From Nitrosopumilus sp. (lineage in GTDB: Archaea > Thermoproteota > Nitrososphaeria > Nitrososphaerales > Nitrosopumilaceae), in contig CBDBLX010000002.1 of the NCBI GenBank assembly GCA_965207445.1, positions 1,399,849 through 1,463,848 on the forward strand: 64,000 nt of DNA, in the 5' to 3' direction. This document shows, piece after piece, positions 31,601-41,570 of this stretch. Made by a program: the position numbers and the translations under genes. Position 1 is the stretch's first letter, and each line of letters begins with the position of its first letter. The notes under the pieces are model-generated. The model made no database searches. It was not told the origin of the DNA and saw only the letters and a list, made by a program, of their open reading frames with translations.

Positions 31601-32707
31601 AGTATCTTTGCCATTTATGGTTAGAGTGTTGGGGTATGCATTTCCCTTTTTTTCATCTATTATAACATTACATGTATCAGGTGCTACCACATACGACGAA
31701 TTATCAATATTGGGTGGAATGTCATTTACATTTATTCCTCTAGATGCAAGTTCATCATACAAACAGACCCTTTGAGTATGAGGTCTTATCTCTACTGTAC
31801 CATATATGCACCCTGAATCAGCTTGTAATCTATCAGTATGACACATCATATTGACGCGCTCATCAAATTGCCTCTTACTATTAGAGTCTGCATATGATTC
31901 AAACTCTTTTTGTGATATTGTACTATTACCTTTGACTAGTTGCCATACATACGTGGGCCGATTCAGTATATCCTTGTCACTACGCACATTAGAATCATAT
32001 ATAATATGAGGTAAACTGTTTATTTTACTCATATCACATAATGGTGGGTTTTGTGTCCTATGTGATAGTGCCTTCCAATCATTTGTTATCCAGACATCTG
32101 TACTTGCAGCAGTACCATATCCCTTGGCTGCGCGTCGCTCTACATTTGTGATCTCACCTTTTTTTGATAAAAATGGCTTTTCATACACCTCATAGTGATG
32201 ATAAAACAAGTATGCGCAGTTTTGCCATGTGCAGTGATGTCTGCATGTGTCTTGAGGTATTCGTTGCATCAAATAGTAATGGTTAGTCTTTGTCAAATCA
32301 ACAGTCAATTCATTGCTATTATGATGAATTGTGGTTTTTCTAATAGGAGGCATGATACCGGTATTTTCATTATATTCGCCTCTATACACGGCACTATAAT
32401 TCAAATTTAGATTGCTAGTCTCTATAATAGGCGTATGCAAAGAACACGAACCGGGATCAGTAATATCTGAATATCGTATCAGATAGTAATAACCATCTCC
32501 AGGATAATACGTACCATCAGGATTCTGCCTTGATTCATTTAAATATGTAATAGGATAACGTTCAGTCTTTATTGAAAAAAGACATTTTGTAGCACTGTGG
32601 TCAGCATGTGCCATATCAATAATGATATGAATTTCAAATATGATTATGAATAATAAAATGATAATAATAATAATAGTTGCAATACCCCCAATAGTGTAAA
32701 GATGCAC
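28640..32707 (-). CDS. Large secreted, membrane-anchored protein (putative adhesin/mating-pair protein)
   Basis: N-terminal hydrophobic signal, repeated N(P/K)DGTYY motif, Cys-rich segments, C-terminal TM plus basic tail. Confidence 0.7.
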   Translation of the reverse strand: MHLYTIGGIATIIIIIILLFIIIFEIHIIIDMAHADHSATKCLFSIKTERYPITYLNESRQNPDGTYYPGDGYYYLIRYSDITDPGSCSLHTPIIETSNLNLNYSAVYRGEYNENTGIMPPIRKTTIHHNSNELTVDLTKTNHYYLMQRIPQDTCRHHCTWQNCAYLFYHHYEVYEKPFLSKKGEITNVERRAAKGYGTAASTDVWITNDWKALSHRTQNPPLCDMSKINSLPHIIYDSNVRSDKDILNRPTYVWQLVKGNSTISQKEFESYADSNSKRQFDERVNMMCHTDRLQADSGCIYGTVEIRPHTQRVCLYDELASRGINVNDIPPNIDNSSYVVAPDTCNVIIDEKKGNAYPNTLTINGKDTIVFDFTLKGTYLTPYHQAGGTPIKAIKTTTKNFAPLIQDPSLHVILTKPPMYHHTGKHDGKHDGKYEAKNKDGTYYHNDPVYVYHEPSWKWKDERYKHINFTIHHNNTILPIEDHFHCINTTETFPCTHKTQLQYPQTWHTEFLTYGNGDGMTIYNATNNFAYGLYDFTYNMTAYNINRDVAYGNGTTNATIVAYNPVYEIAYSYPVLADGHKYSYDNRRGIIMKYMGSWQDELWPHTTKTKIVETILSNGTSINQTIIVPSTTHQVATIIYNDHTSDNNNRRYQINDNNGNDINTIIHKDKILWPERRSYINSWQTTNTAYDYYYGNQIDFITAEKPRLDEARNIILYGHSNNNSSSALSYTNYANSIMFIQQGYGVALLEWPISDYVFGYKNLTTRNYTPNITILDHANMIRNTGLNDTFLNDGHIFGNNENPLTNNSTINNIAPNRFLQNITTGLPNIQSLPRFNSLFNLTSFDVFNNNTINYNDRSIIPHPPGGTRYENITSVVDAYSYDFAGLAQTHLYKTIMRYVDAPFTKQIIITSIDQNGTIQTADLLGLKVEPYNFTTMQYGNTSTSGNTSTSGNIDAAIVGNRGNNDNVEYLSSYIHDKIMHDTKNNTIITNAILDDTYDMQQEWNSYGVLNTTILRTSLQFADFTISSDIIEAHKKQMSAFYNDTSQPSLQDGDDDDDVQYGNNLDDTNNNNTNNNKNENKKRGQKNIPWSSIFTNDTSLSSFFTFFFSSSTSTDNITPHHNTTTSQPQIIIDTTYHYNRTLSEINDIQTLVQLYAKNDLESFRLGLPYHLGLSLPSPITRHISINDTIHTYNSEYYNFGGLENITINARTDNIAIVETHVGSLIISQPYNFGMVKRVEINNVTIPYCFSNNNDNLCIIPTASLSLLVQKDEGNDVKHTPQSQQPPPQRNPPTLNQTLHIILYNEWGGEAHAYVEPLKPYAPKKLDEPRWWLISLVIMGLILSCVAYKQIKKITV

Positions 32708-32912
32708 ATTTACAATATTTGAAATGCTAAAAAGATGAAAAAATGAACCGATGTTTCATTTGTATATAATGTATCTTTGCCAAGCCATCATACAACAAAG
32801 TAATAAAAAATCAATTATATGATTTGTATATAATTTGGATATAATTTGGATATAATAAATAAACAAAAAATAAAACAGAATAAATAAGAACAAGTATTTT
32901 CAAATCATTTAT

Positions 32913-33251
32913 TTAATTATTTTTTGTTCTCAAAGTATCGACCATAACGTGAGTATATTCACCGGCTCCCTCTATTTTGAGTTCTACTGTTTTACCGATC
33001 CATTGTGCAGTATCCTCCCCAAATATTTGTATGAGGGCATTACGACTCTTGTTGTTCAGAGACCAGTTCTTGGGGTCATCTGAGCGTTGTCCACCATATT
33101 CTATTCCTAGTGAGATTTTTTCAACCTCTTTACCATTCTGATCAAACTTTACATATTCACCTTCACTGGTGATAGTTATGGCAGTAATTCGGTTTTCTTG
33201 CACAAACTTGGCAGTAAGATGATTTCGCATTGGTACAGGTTTTACAAGCAT
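32913..33251 (-). CDS. Phage/plasmid-type small protein, probable OB-fold ssDNA-binding
   Basis: WSLNNKSRNALIQIFGEDTAQWIGKTVEL motif; strong SD GGAGGAGGTGA upstream. Confidence 0.6.
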   Translation of the reverse strand: MLVKPVPMRNHLTAKFVQENRITAITITSEGEYVKFDQNGKEVEKISLGIEYGGQRSDDPKNWSLNNKSRNALIQIFGEDTAQWIGKTVELKIEGAGEYTHVMVDTLRTKNN

Positions 33252-33411
33252 GTGTTTCTTTCACCTCCTCCGACTGTAGTCCCCGCCGGCAAGCTCTTGT
33301 TTACAACATAACAAGCCAAATGTGAGATTGTACTTGCGTTTTTTTCTAGTATTGTTTTGGATGTACGCCATACATAATGTAGTATTTGAGAGTACAGTGA
33401 TCGTATCATCA

Positions 33412-33579
33412 TTATGGCTTGACCTCTTTATTTTTTTTGATATTGTCTAATTTGTCACGCAAAGCCAAATCTGTGAATTGTGTAATGTTTGTTATAGTGT
33501 TATCAACTTCCAAATATGATTCTATTTTCTTTATTAGAGCAGTACGTACAGCCACAGTACGCCATAATCTTTCACTCAT
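33412..33579 (-). CDS. Ribbon-helix-helix regulator (55 aa), not in the ORF track
   Basis: MSERLWRTVAVRTALIKKIESYLEVDNTITNITQFTDLALRDKLDNIKKNKEVKP. Confidence 0.65.
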   Translation of the reverse strand: MSERLWRTVAVRTALIKKIESYLEVDNTITNITQFTDLALRDKLDNIKKNKEVKP

Positions 33580-33639
33580 ACAAGATACTAGTGAATATTA
33601 TAAAAGGCAAAGATGAGTGTATGTTGAATTTTTACTAGT

Positions 33640-34083
33640 ATGATAATAATGAGTTTGAGAATCATGACATCTAGACGTCAGTTATGCTATTTGTGCGATG
33701 AAATTACCACCACACAAGTCATGAGGCTTAAAAATTCCTCTACAATTACATACATGCAAAAAGACGATGTCATGATATTTTATATCAAAATAGCAAATAT
33801 AGATACAAAAAAGACGACACTAGATGTAAAAAAGATAGCAGGTGAGTTGGAGATTACAACAGATATGATAAGATGTATGATAGATGAGAATAAATCCCTC
33901 TTTGAGATACGACGTTCAGACATTAGACTGATAGAACAGGTCAAGTCAAATACCATTTTGGTTAACTTTTTTTATTATTATGATGGGTGTGATGGTGATT
34001 TGCACTGGGGCAAGCAAGGTGCACTTACACAAATTCTCATAGAGTCTGATCACTGTCAATCCATTATCAAGGCACTAGTGTAA
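33640..34083 (+). CDS. Hypothetical protein
   Basis: 147-aa ORF divergent from the RHH gene. Confidence 0.45.
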   Translation: MIIMSLRIMTSRRQLCYLCDEITTTQVMRLKNSSTITYMQKDDVMIFYIKIANIDTKKTTLDVKKIAGELEITTDMIRCMIDENKSLFEIRRSDIRLIEQVKSNTILVNFFYYYDGCDGDLHWGKQGALTQILIESDHCQSIIKALV

Positions 34084-34404
34084 AGTCAGATTAATCATAA
34101 AAAATAGTTCAAAGAAAATATTGTACAAGAGTATTTTATCAATTCAAATATTTGATTTGACGTATCTCAAACAACAACAACAAAAATAAATGTATATGAT
34201 TATATGCTATGTACAATATCAAGACAAGTCACATGATCGGATGTAAATACATATCAGTACTATTATTACCACCAGTACTATATTACCACCACAATCATTA
34301 CCACTGCCACCATCATCAATATTATTCAACATAAACAGCAAAGAGATAATTCCTTTTTAAAAAAGAATTATCTCTAAATTTTTCTTTATATGTATAAATA
34401 ACTG

Positions 34405-34830
34405 TTATGTGTGACCAAACCAAAACGCTTTGTTATTCTGCGTAACTATTGTAATTGATGTACCACTGTCACTACAAGTAATACGGCTAATTTTCCCAAT
34501 TAATAGTGGTGCTGAAAATATCTCATCATTTAATTTACAGGTACGTTTTGATTCAATACCATTTATGAATATTTTATCAACTACAATATCATGATTGCCA
34601 ATATTGATAACATCTATGATAGTGTTGTTATCATGTGTGATAATCGCAGGTGATGTGGTAATAATCTCTATTAGTTTGAGATCTTCTTGTGTCTGTATTT
34701 TTAACGTGTTGATTTTATCTTGCTGTGATAGTGTAAATGTAGAGACATCATCTATCATTGTATCATATATAACAACAAAAAATACACCAACCACACCAAA
34801 CAGTAATAGAAATTGTATAATTTGATTCAT
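34405..34830 (-). CDS. Pilin/archaellin-like protein
   Basis: Hydrophobic N-helix (MNQIIQFLLLFGVVGVFFVVIY), then VINIGNHDIVVDKIFING; start overlaps the upstream stop. Confidence 0.65.
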   Translation of the reverse strand: MNQIIQFLLLFGVVGVFFVVIYDTMIDDVSTFTLSQQDKINTLKIQTQEDLKLIEIITTSPAIITHDNNTIIDVINIGNHDIVVDKIFINGIESKRTCKLNDEIFSAPLLIGKISRITCSDSGTSITIVTQNNKAFWFGHT

Positions 34831-35366
34831 TATACTGCCTCACAAAATGTACTTTGTGTATCTTTGATTGCTTGGACAAGTATGATTGATTTAGGTGATA
34901 TTGTAATTGTTGCAGGTAGTGTATTTTTTGGTGTTATTATGGTATTTTGTTGCGGCTCAATTTTACTGCCAACACCACTAGATAATTCAAAGAGAGTCGA
35001 GGTTTTAGATGTCTGCATAATAGAGCTTCCATTTACATGCATGATATCATAATAATCAATTATAGTATACCCTGTATTTTTTATCTCAATATGTGTCCAG
35101 TATGTATCTTTATACACTAAATGTGATTTTATATTTACAGTACATTGTATATTAGATAGTAATTGTGTTTGATGTGAATCAAACCATGCATAGAGAATGG
35201 ATGTAGTTATAATGACAATACTGATCAATACTAGTACTTCGATATACCCCGATACTGCCAGTCTGGGTTTGTGTTTTGAGTTTTGTTTTGCGTTTTGTCT
35301 GCACTCAAAATGAAATAATTTATCGATAATTTTTTTGCCAAAAATTTTACCACATATGAGAGTCAT
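34830..35366 (-). CDS. Archaeal type IV pilin
   Basis: Class III signal RLA|VSGYIEVLVLISIVII; IEIKNTG; 4-nt overlap with the VirB4 stop. Confidence 0.7.
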   Translation of the reverse strand: MTLICGKIFGKKIIDKLFHFECRQNAKQNSKHKPRLAVSGYIEVLVLISIVIITTSILYAWFDSHQTQLLSNIQCTVNIKSHLVYKDTYWTHIEIKNTGYTIIDYYDIMHVNGSSIMQTSKTSTLFELSSGVGSKIEPQQNTIITPKNTLPATITISPKSIILVQAIKDTQSTFCEAV

Positions 35367-37546
35367 TCTTTTTCAGCCTTTGTGTTGAAATAGTACTTGG
35401 TCTCTTGTTCTGTAGCCTCAAACTTGAGATATATCGCATTATCACTAGTTTGTAATAATCCATTGCCAGCACGAAAGTTAGTTACAAGTTCGATCTCAGA
35501 GTCAGTCAAGTCTAATGCCTTACCCGTAGCTAGTGCTGCTGATTGAGACATTTGCATTATAATTTTAGTATCAAATAATTCGGTTAGTTTAGAGTCACTG
35601 TCATCTAATGCGCGGTCCAAATCGCCGAACTGTTGTGTTGATAATGCAAAAATTAACGAACGCTTGCGCCCTTGTCTTGCAATATCGCCTATCTTTTTTA
35701 TTGACTGTTTGAGTTTTGTCATACGCCATGCCTCATCTAGCAATATGAACTTCCATTGTTTGGCAGGTAAAAGATTAACACGCTGCCATGCATACGCCAA
35801 TACTAATAATATTAAGAGTCCTTCGTATTCCTGACCATCTGTATGTTTTAGTGATATTATGATATGATCTGAGAATTGAGATATGTTCTCAGTGCAACCG
35901 TTTCCACTGTTTTCATTATGACTAGTATTATTATGACTAGTATCATTATGACTAGTATCATTACCCCCACTACTATCATTACACTCACAGGGCGGCAAAA
36001 ATACCTTTGATATACTACCCTCTACCAAATCACGCATGTACTTTTTTGCCTCTTGGCTACTCTTCTCATACAACTGAGTAATTGTGCTAACATTGTCACA
36101 TATTGCACGCCACTCACGTCGTACATGATTAGGTGCACTAGTTGCAACACCCACCAAATCTGCTGCCTCTACTTTGGTATCAAATAATACAAACGGATCC
36201 AATCCATATCTGTTGCCAGGTTTTATCTCTATAGCATCCAAGCCAAAATATGAGGCGTGCTCTATATATTCACCCTGAGGGTCTATTATAATACACATTG
36301 TATTGGGACGCTTTTCTAAAAACCGTTTTAGTATGATTTTATTTGTAAATGATTTGCCACTTCCAGTAGTACCTGCAGTGAATATGTTGTGATTCTTTCG
36401 CAGATTTACATCATATATAACAGGTCCTCTAGTATCCCTATTCATACCCAAAGGAATACCATTTGGAGCTTCAAGCATATCCGCAGATGAGAATGGGTAT
36501 AATATGTGTAAACTTTCTATTCCACCCAACCATGATGCACCATCACCATTGCACAGATCCGATTGTATACCAAATGATGTAGTGTATCGGATATTCATGG
36601 CATTGCAATTTCTCCGGACGGTTTTGTGTAAATCGTATAGTTCTTTTTTTGATAGAGCAAATATTGATGCTGTAATGATGAATGTGAATGTACTGGTATT
36701 TCCTAGTTCAAGTTCTTGTTTGATTGCCAATATATCTTTCATCTTTTTTTGCACATCTGCCTTTGTGGATTTTATGCCACTGTACAGTAATTCACGATGC
36801 TGCATCTTACGTAGTGCTACATCTGGTCTGATGGGTGTGATGTGTATCTGTATGCGATGAAATGTACTAAATACGTGATGTATCCATGCAGGTGGCAATA
36901 TAGTAGGTGCGCCATATATGGTGTAATTACGACCATATAATTTGGTGCCATTTATGGTACATGTATAATCACGCATATACTCTTTTTGAACTTTGATCTG
37001 TTGATGTGGCTCATCTATAGTATAGTTGAATCCTAGTCGTTCTAGAGTATCATCTAAAGGATCTATTGAATCTAGCATTACACGTGTTATCTCCATCTTT
37101 TTTTGTATAGTTTCATTTACATTATCACCATCACTTCCATATGAAACCATAATTGGTACACGTTCTAGCGTGATTGTAGCAGTATTCTCTAGCATCTTTA
37201 ATAATTCAAAGAAATCTGAGAGTTTGCGTTTTTGTCGCTCAACTGACAAAACCAAAAAGTTACTAGGGGAGATTGAATAAGAGTGATTATATTTTAACTT
37301 TTGAGTGGTGTTTTGGAAAAACATTCTAGCAAAATTATTATTGTTTTTAGTAGTGAGTGTGTTTTGGCCCACAGACAGATCCTCAAATAATTTTGCTTTG
37401 TGGTGTTTTTTAGCATGTGATTTCATGTTATTGTTCTGGTTATCGTTTCTGGGGTTGTTTTGGGGGTTGTTTTGGTTATTGTGGTGCTTGTTAACACTAT
37501 ACTTTTTGTCCTTTTTTTTTATCTTGCCTAATTTTCCAAATACCAC
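35363..37546 (-). CDS. VirB4/CedB-like (HerA/FtsK superfamily) ATPase
   Basis: GIPLGMN..PVIYD..NHNIFTAGTTGSGKS, IIDPQGEY, ILLDEAW, ARQGRKR..STQQ, GNGLL. Confidence 0.88.
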   Translation of the reverse strand: MVFGKLGKIKKKDKKYSVNKHHNNQNNPQNNPRNDNQNNNMKSHAKKHHKAKLFEDLSVGQNTLTTKNNNNFARMFFQNTTQKLKYNHSYSISPSNFLVLSVERQKRKLSDFFELLKMLENTATITLERVPIMVSYGSDGDNVNETIQKKMEITRVMLDSIDPLDDTLERLGFNYTIDEPHQQIKVQKEYMRDYTCTINGTKLYGRNYTIYGAPTILPPAWIHHVFSTFHRIQIHITPIRPDVALRKMQHRELLYSGIKSTKADVQKKMKDILAIKQELELGNTSTFTFIITASIFALSKKELYDLHKTVRRNCNAMNIRYTTSFGIQSDLCNGDGASWLGGIESLHILYPFSSADMLEAPNGIPLGMNRDTRGPVIYDVNLRKNHNIFTAGTTGSGKSFTNKIILKRFLEKRPNTMCIIIDPQGEYIEHASYFGLDAIEIKPGNRYGLDPFVLFDTKVEAADLVGVATSAPNHVRREWRAICDNVSTITQLYEKSSQEAKKYMRDLVEGSISKVFLPPCECNDSSGGNDTSHNDTSHNNTSHNENSGNGCTENISQFSDHIIISLKHTDGQEYEGLLILLVLAYAWQRVNLLPAKQWKFILLDEAWRMTKLKQSIKKIGDIARQGRKRSLIFALSTQQFGDLDRALDDSDSKLTELFDTKIIMQMSQSAALATGKALDLTDSEIELVTNFRAGNGLLQTSDNAIYLKFEATEQETKYYFNTKAEKE

Positions 37547-37558
37547 ATAATCAAATAC

Positions 37559-38098
37559 TCAACGACATTTAAGCCCAAAGTTGCGTGTTTGAATGAATCT
37601 ATATGTGCGTATAAATCCAGATATGTGGATCATGGCGCATATTGTTGCAATAATGCCAAACAGTGCAAGATTCCACACATAGGGCCATATCACATAAGGA
37701 ATAAAGTAAATTATACAAAACTCAATTGATAATGTTATCAATATAATAAGAGTTGATATAGTATATTTTGAAAAATGTTCATCTCTAAATAACTGGCATC
37801 TTAAAATATATCTCTGAGTGTATCGTATGATATATTTATTTACATAACGTAGTATAGGTGATTTTTCATGCATTGATATATGATGTCCACCACGTATAAC
37901 AGTATATGATACATCCAATACACTTGTAGCAAACCAAAGTATCACCATTATAAAATACCACATATCATACAATGTATGATCAACATTTTGCTCAACAATA
38001 TTGAGATACCAACTTATCAAAGCAATCGTCAAAAAAATTACAACGAGGACATCTTTATCATAATAATAAGAAGAAGAAAAAAGGGTGATGTTGGGCAT
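37559..38098 (-). CDS. Multi-pass membrane protein in the VirB4 operon
   Basis: About 4 TM segments, LDVSYT..EKSP motif; start overlaps the upstream stop. Confidence 0.65.
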   Translation of the reverse strand: MPNITLFSSSYYYDKDVLVVIFLTIALISWYLNIVEQNVDHTLYDMWYFIMVILWFATSVLDVSYTVIRGGHHISMHEKSPILRYVNKYIIRYTQRYILRCQLFRDEHFSKYTISTLIILITLSIEFCIIYFIPYVIWPYVWNLALFGIIATICAMIHISGFIRTYRFIQTRNFGLKCR

Positions 38099-38397
38099 TA
38101 GTATCTAATCCCAATTATTATCAACATGATGAAACCAATCACAGCTACTACTATCATAACATAACCTAGTGCTTCTAGTACTGCATCTCTGATCTCACTT
38201 GGCTCATCACAGTCAGGAGTGATTCCTGCAGTCTGATTGTTGAGATCTTCTTCAGTGCACAAATTACTAAGATCAACACCAGTTGTTTCTGAGATGATCA
38301 TAGGAGCTAATGTTCCCAATATTATCAATATTGCAACGCCCATTATTCCACTTCTCAGTTTCTTCATATCTTCTGGTCCTTTTTCTGAAAGTGCCAT
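38098..38397 (-). CDS. Two-TM VirB2/TrbC/CedA1-like conjugative pilin candidate
   Basis: 99 aa from ATG38397, two hydrophobic helices; first gene of the VirB4 operon, with a TATA-like TTTTATTATA about 20-30 nt upstream. Confidence 0.55.
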   Translation of the reverse strand: MALSEKGPEDMKKLRSGIMGVAILIILGTLAPMIISETTGVDLSNLCTEEDLNNQTAGITPDCDEPSEIRDAVLEALGYVMIVVAVIGFIMLIIIGIRY

Positions 38398-38684
38398 AGT
38401 AACACACAAAACAATATAATAAAAGGTAATTTTTTTAGTTGTAAAATAGATGTGAATTTAAATAATTCATAATGATTTGTTTAGAAATACATTGTTAGCA
38501 TGTTATGCAAACATTTGGTCTAGAGCGTATTTCTCATAATTGCAGGGTAGCAGATAAAATTGATAAATTACATTTTCTCAGATAGACACGAGCAGATTAT
38601 ACAACAAATCAACTAGACCAAAAATATTTTTGCGTTAATTGTGTATAATCAAACCTACCCCAAATAAAGGTACAGTGTTTGATA

Positions 38685-38874
38685 GTGTGTTGCATAACTC
38701 GATGCGCATCCTGTAGGACGACACCGTTGCAATATGATTCAGCAGGCTTGCAGGTATTCTTGTCCAGTTTACAGAGCATTTGAGTGGCTTTGAATCGTGT
38801 AACGTAGGTTGCGCAGCTCAGACCACATGGCCACGACCCCAGAGGAGTATAAATTTACGAATTATGCAACATGC
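38685..38874 (-). mobile_element. MITE family B (190 bp)
   Basis: TIR GTGTGTTGCATAA / TTATGCAACATGC, TA on both sides; inverted copy of 53488-53675. Confidence 0.85.
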
Positions 38875-38985
38875 TAGTGTTTGATGCAGAGTTAGATCGG
38901 TATTTTTTAAAGTACCACAAAGTTAAAGGTGAAAATTTGTCTTTTTTGGGAAGAATAGGATCATGTACGTCTAAATTTTGAATTT

Positions 38986-39354
38986 TTAGTTGGTGGTTTG
39001 TGACTTTCTTTTTGATACTTGACGCGTAGTACGTTTTGAGTCAGTGTTTTCTTTTATCATAGTAGACTGTGTTTTTAGTACATCAAGCAAGTCAGATTGC
39101 ACACCAAGCATACTATTTGTCAAGGCCTCAAGTTCTTGTATATACACATCATAATGATGGGTCATCTTTGAGAGTATCGAATCTCTTGCAGACAAATATT
39201 CGTTCATACGCAACATATTGGTAGAATCAACTATTTGTGTCACTGGGGATGGTGGTGGGCCAAGTTTGTCTAGTTGCATTCTCAAATCCGATATAATATC
39301 CCGAAGATCACTCATATGCATGCTTTCGAGTCGAGATTCTAAATCATGTGTCAA
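38986..39354 (-). CDS. Coiled-coil hypothetical protein, probably host core
   Basis: 122-aa helical ORF resembling conserved Nitrosopumilaceae hypotheticals. Confidence 0.6.
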   Translation of the reverse strand: MTHDLESRLESMHMSDLRDIISDLRMQLDKLGPPPSPVTQIVDSTNMLRMNEYLSARDSILSKMTHHYDVYIQELEALTNSMLGVQSDLLDVLKTQSTMIKENTDSKRTTRQVSKRKSQTTN

Positions 39355-39459
39355 TGTAATAACAAGACATTGCTTGAATTAAAGATTTGCCACACATGTA
39401 GTTCTCTAGAAAACGCGACTGATGGGACTGTAGTTGGTTTTTGAAGAATCTGGGAAAAG

Positions 39460-39580
39460 TCACTCTTGACTAGGATCTTATCACCATCTATGAGAAATTA
39501 AGGCCTCTTTGAGTATTCCAATCTTTGCAAGAATTGGTTTTGGGATGTATGAGAAGCTAGAACCCATCACCGGCACGTAT
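39460..39580 (-). pseudogene. Decayed copy of the AbrB-like gene at 782-955
   Basis: Reads SFSYIPKPILAKIG../..LIDGDKILVKSD with a frameshift. Confidence 0.55.
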
Positions 39581-39642
39581 ACGTATTGCACATAAGGTTA
39601 CATCAAAGATAGAGAACACGTGTACGCATATCGATCGGTGTC

Positions 39643-41107
<1,465 letters not shown>

Positions 41108-41166
41108 TTAACTAGTAAACTAGTATAATAGGTATCTATATATAAGAACTATGTATAAGCAATAGT

Positions 41167-41511
41167 ATGGCAACAACCACTGATGAATGTAATCAAATCG
41201 TAGATGCAAAAGTCAGTCAATTAACGAGCCAAATAGATATAGAGTTTGATAATCTAAATAGGAAAATAGACAATAACCATTTTGCACTCAAAACTGACAT
41301 AATCAGTGTAAAGACAATACTAGGTGATAAAATCGATGAAGTCGACAAAAAACTTGGTGATAAAATCGATGAAGTCGACAAAAAACTTGGTGATAAAATC
41401 GATGAAGTCGACAAAAAACTTGGTGATAAAATCGATGAAGTCGACAAAAAACTTGGTGATAAAATCGATGAAGTCATGGACATTCTACGAGGCTTACAAG
41501 GTAATAATTAA
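41167..41511 (+). CDS. Coiled-coil protein with an 11-aa tandem repeat (LGDKIDEVDKK x~4.7; 33-bp unit)
   Basis: Perfect nucleotide repeats at ~41323-41475. Confidence 0.7.
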   Translation: MATTTDECNQIVDAKVSQLTSQIDIEFDNLNRKIDNNHFALKTDIISVKTILGDKIDEVDKKLGDKIDEVDKKLGDKIDEVDKKLGDKIDEVDKKLGDKIDEVMDILRGLQGNN

Positions 41512-41570
41512 GTCAGATATTTTCTGACTGTATTCGTTTTTTCTTTCTACTAAAAGCATGACGTACACAT

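Noticed and set aside
4478..38397. Provirus
   Set aside because: No capsid, terminase, portal or viral polymerase recognisable
41323..41475. CRISPR array (33-bp repeats)
   Set aside because: No spacers; in-frame coding repeat
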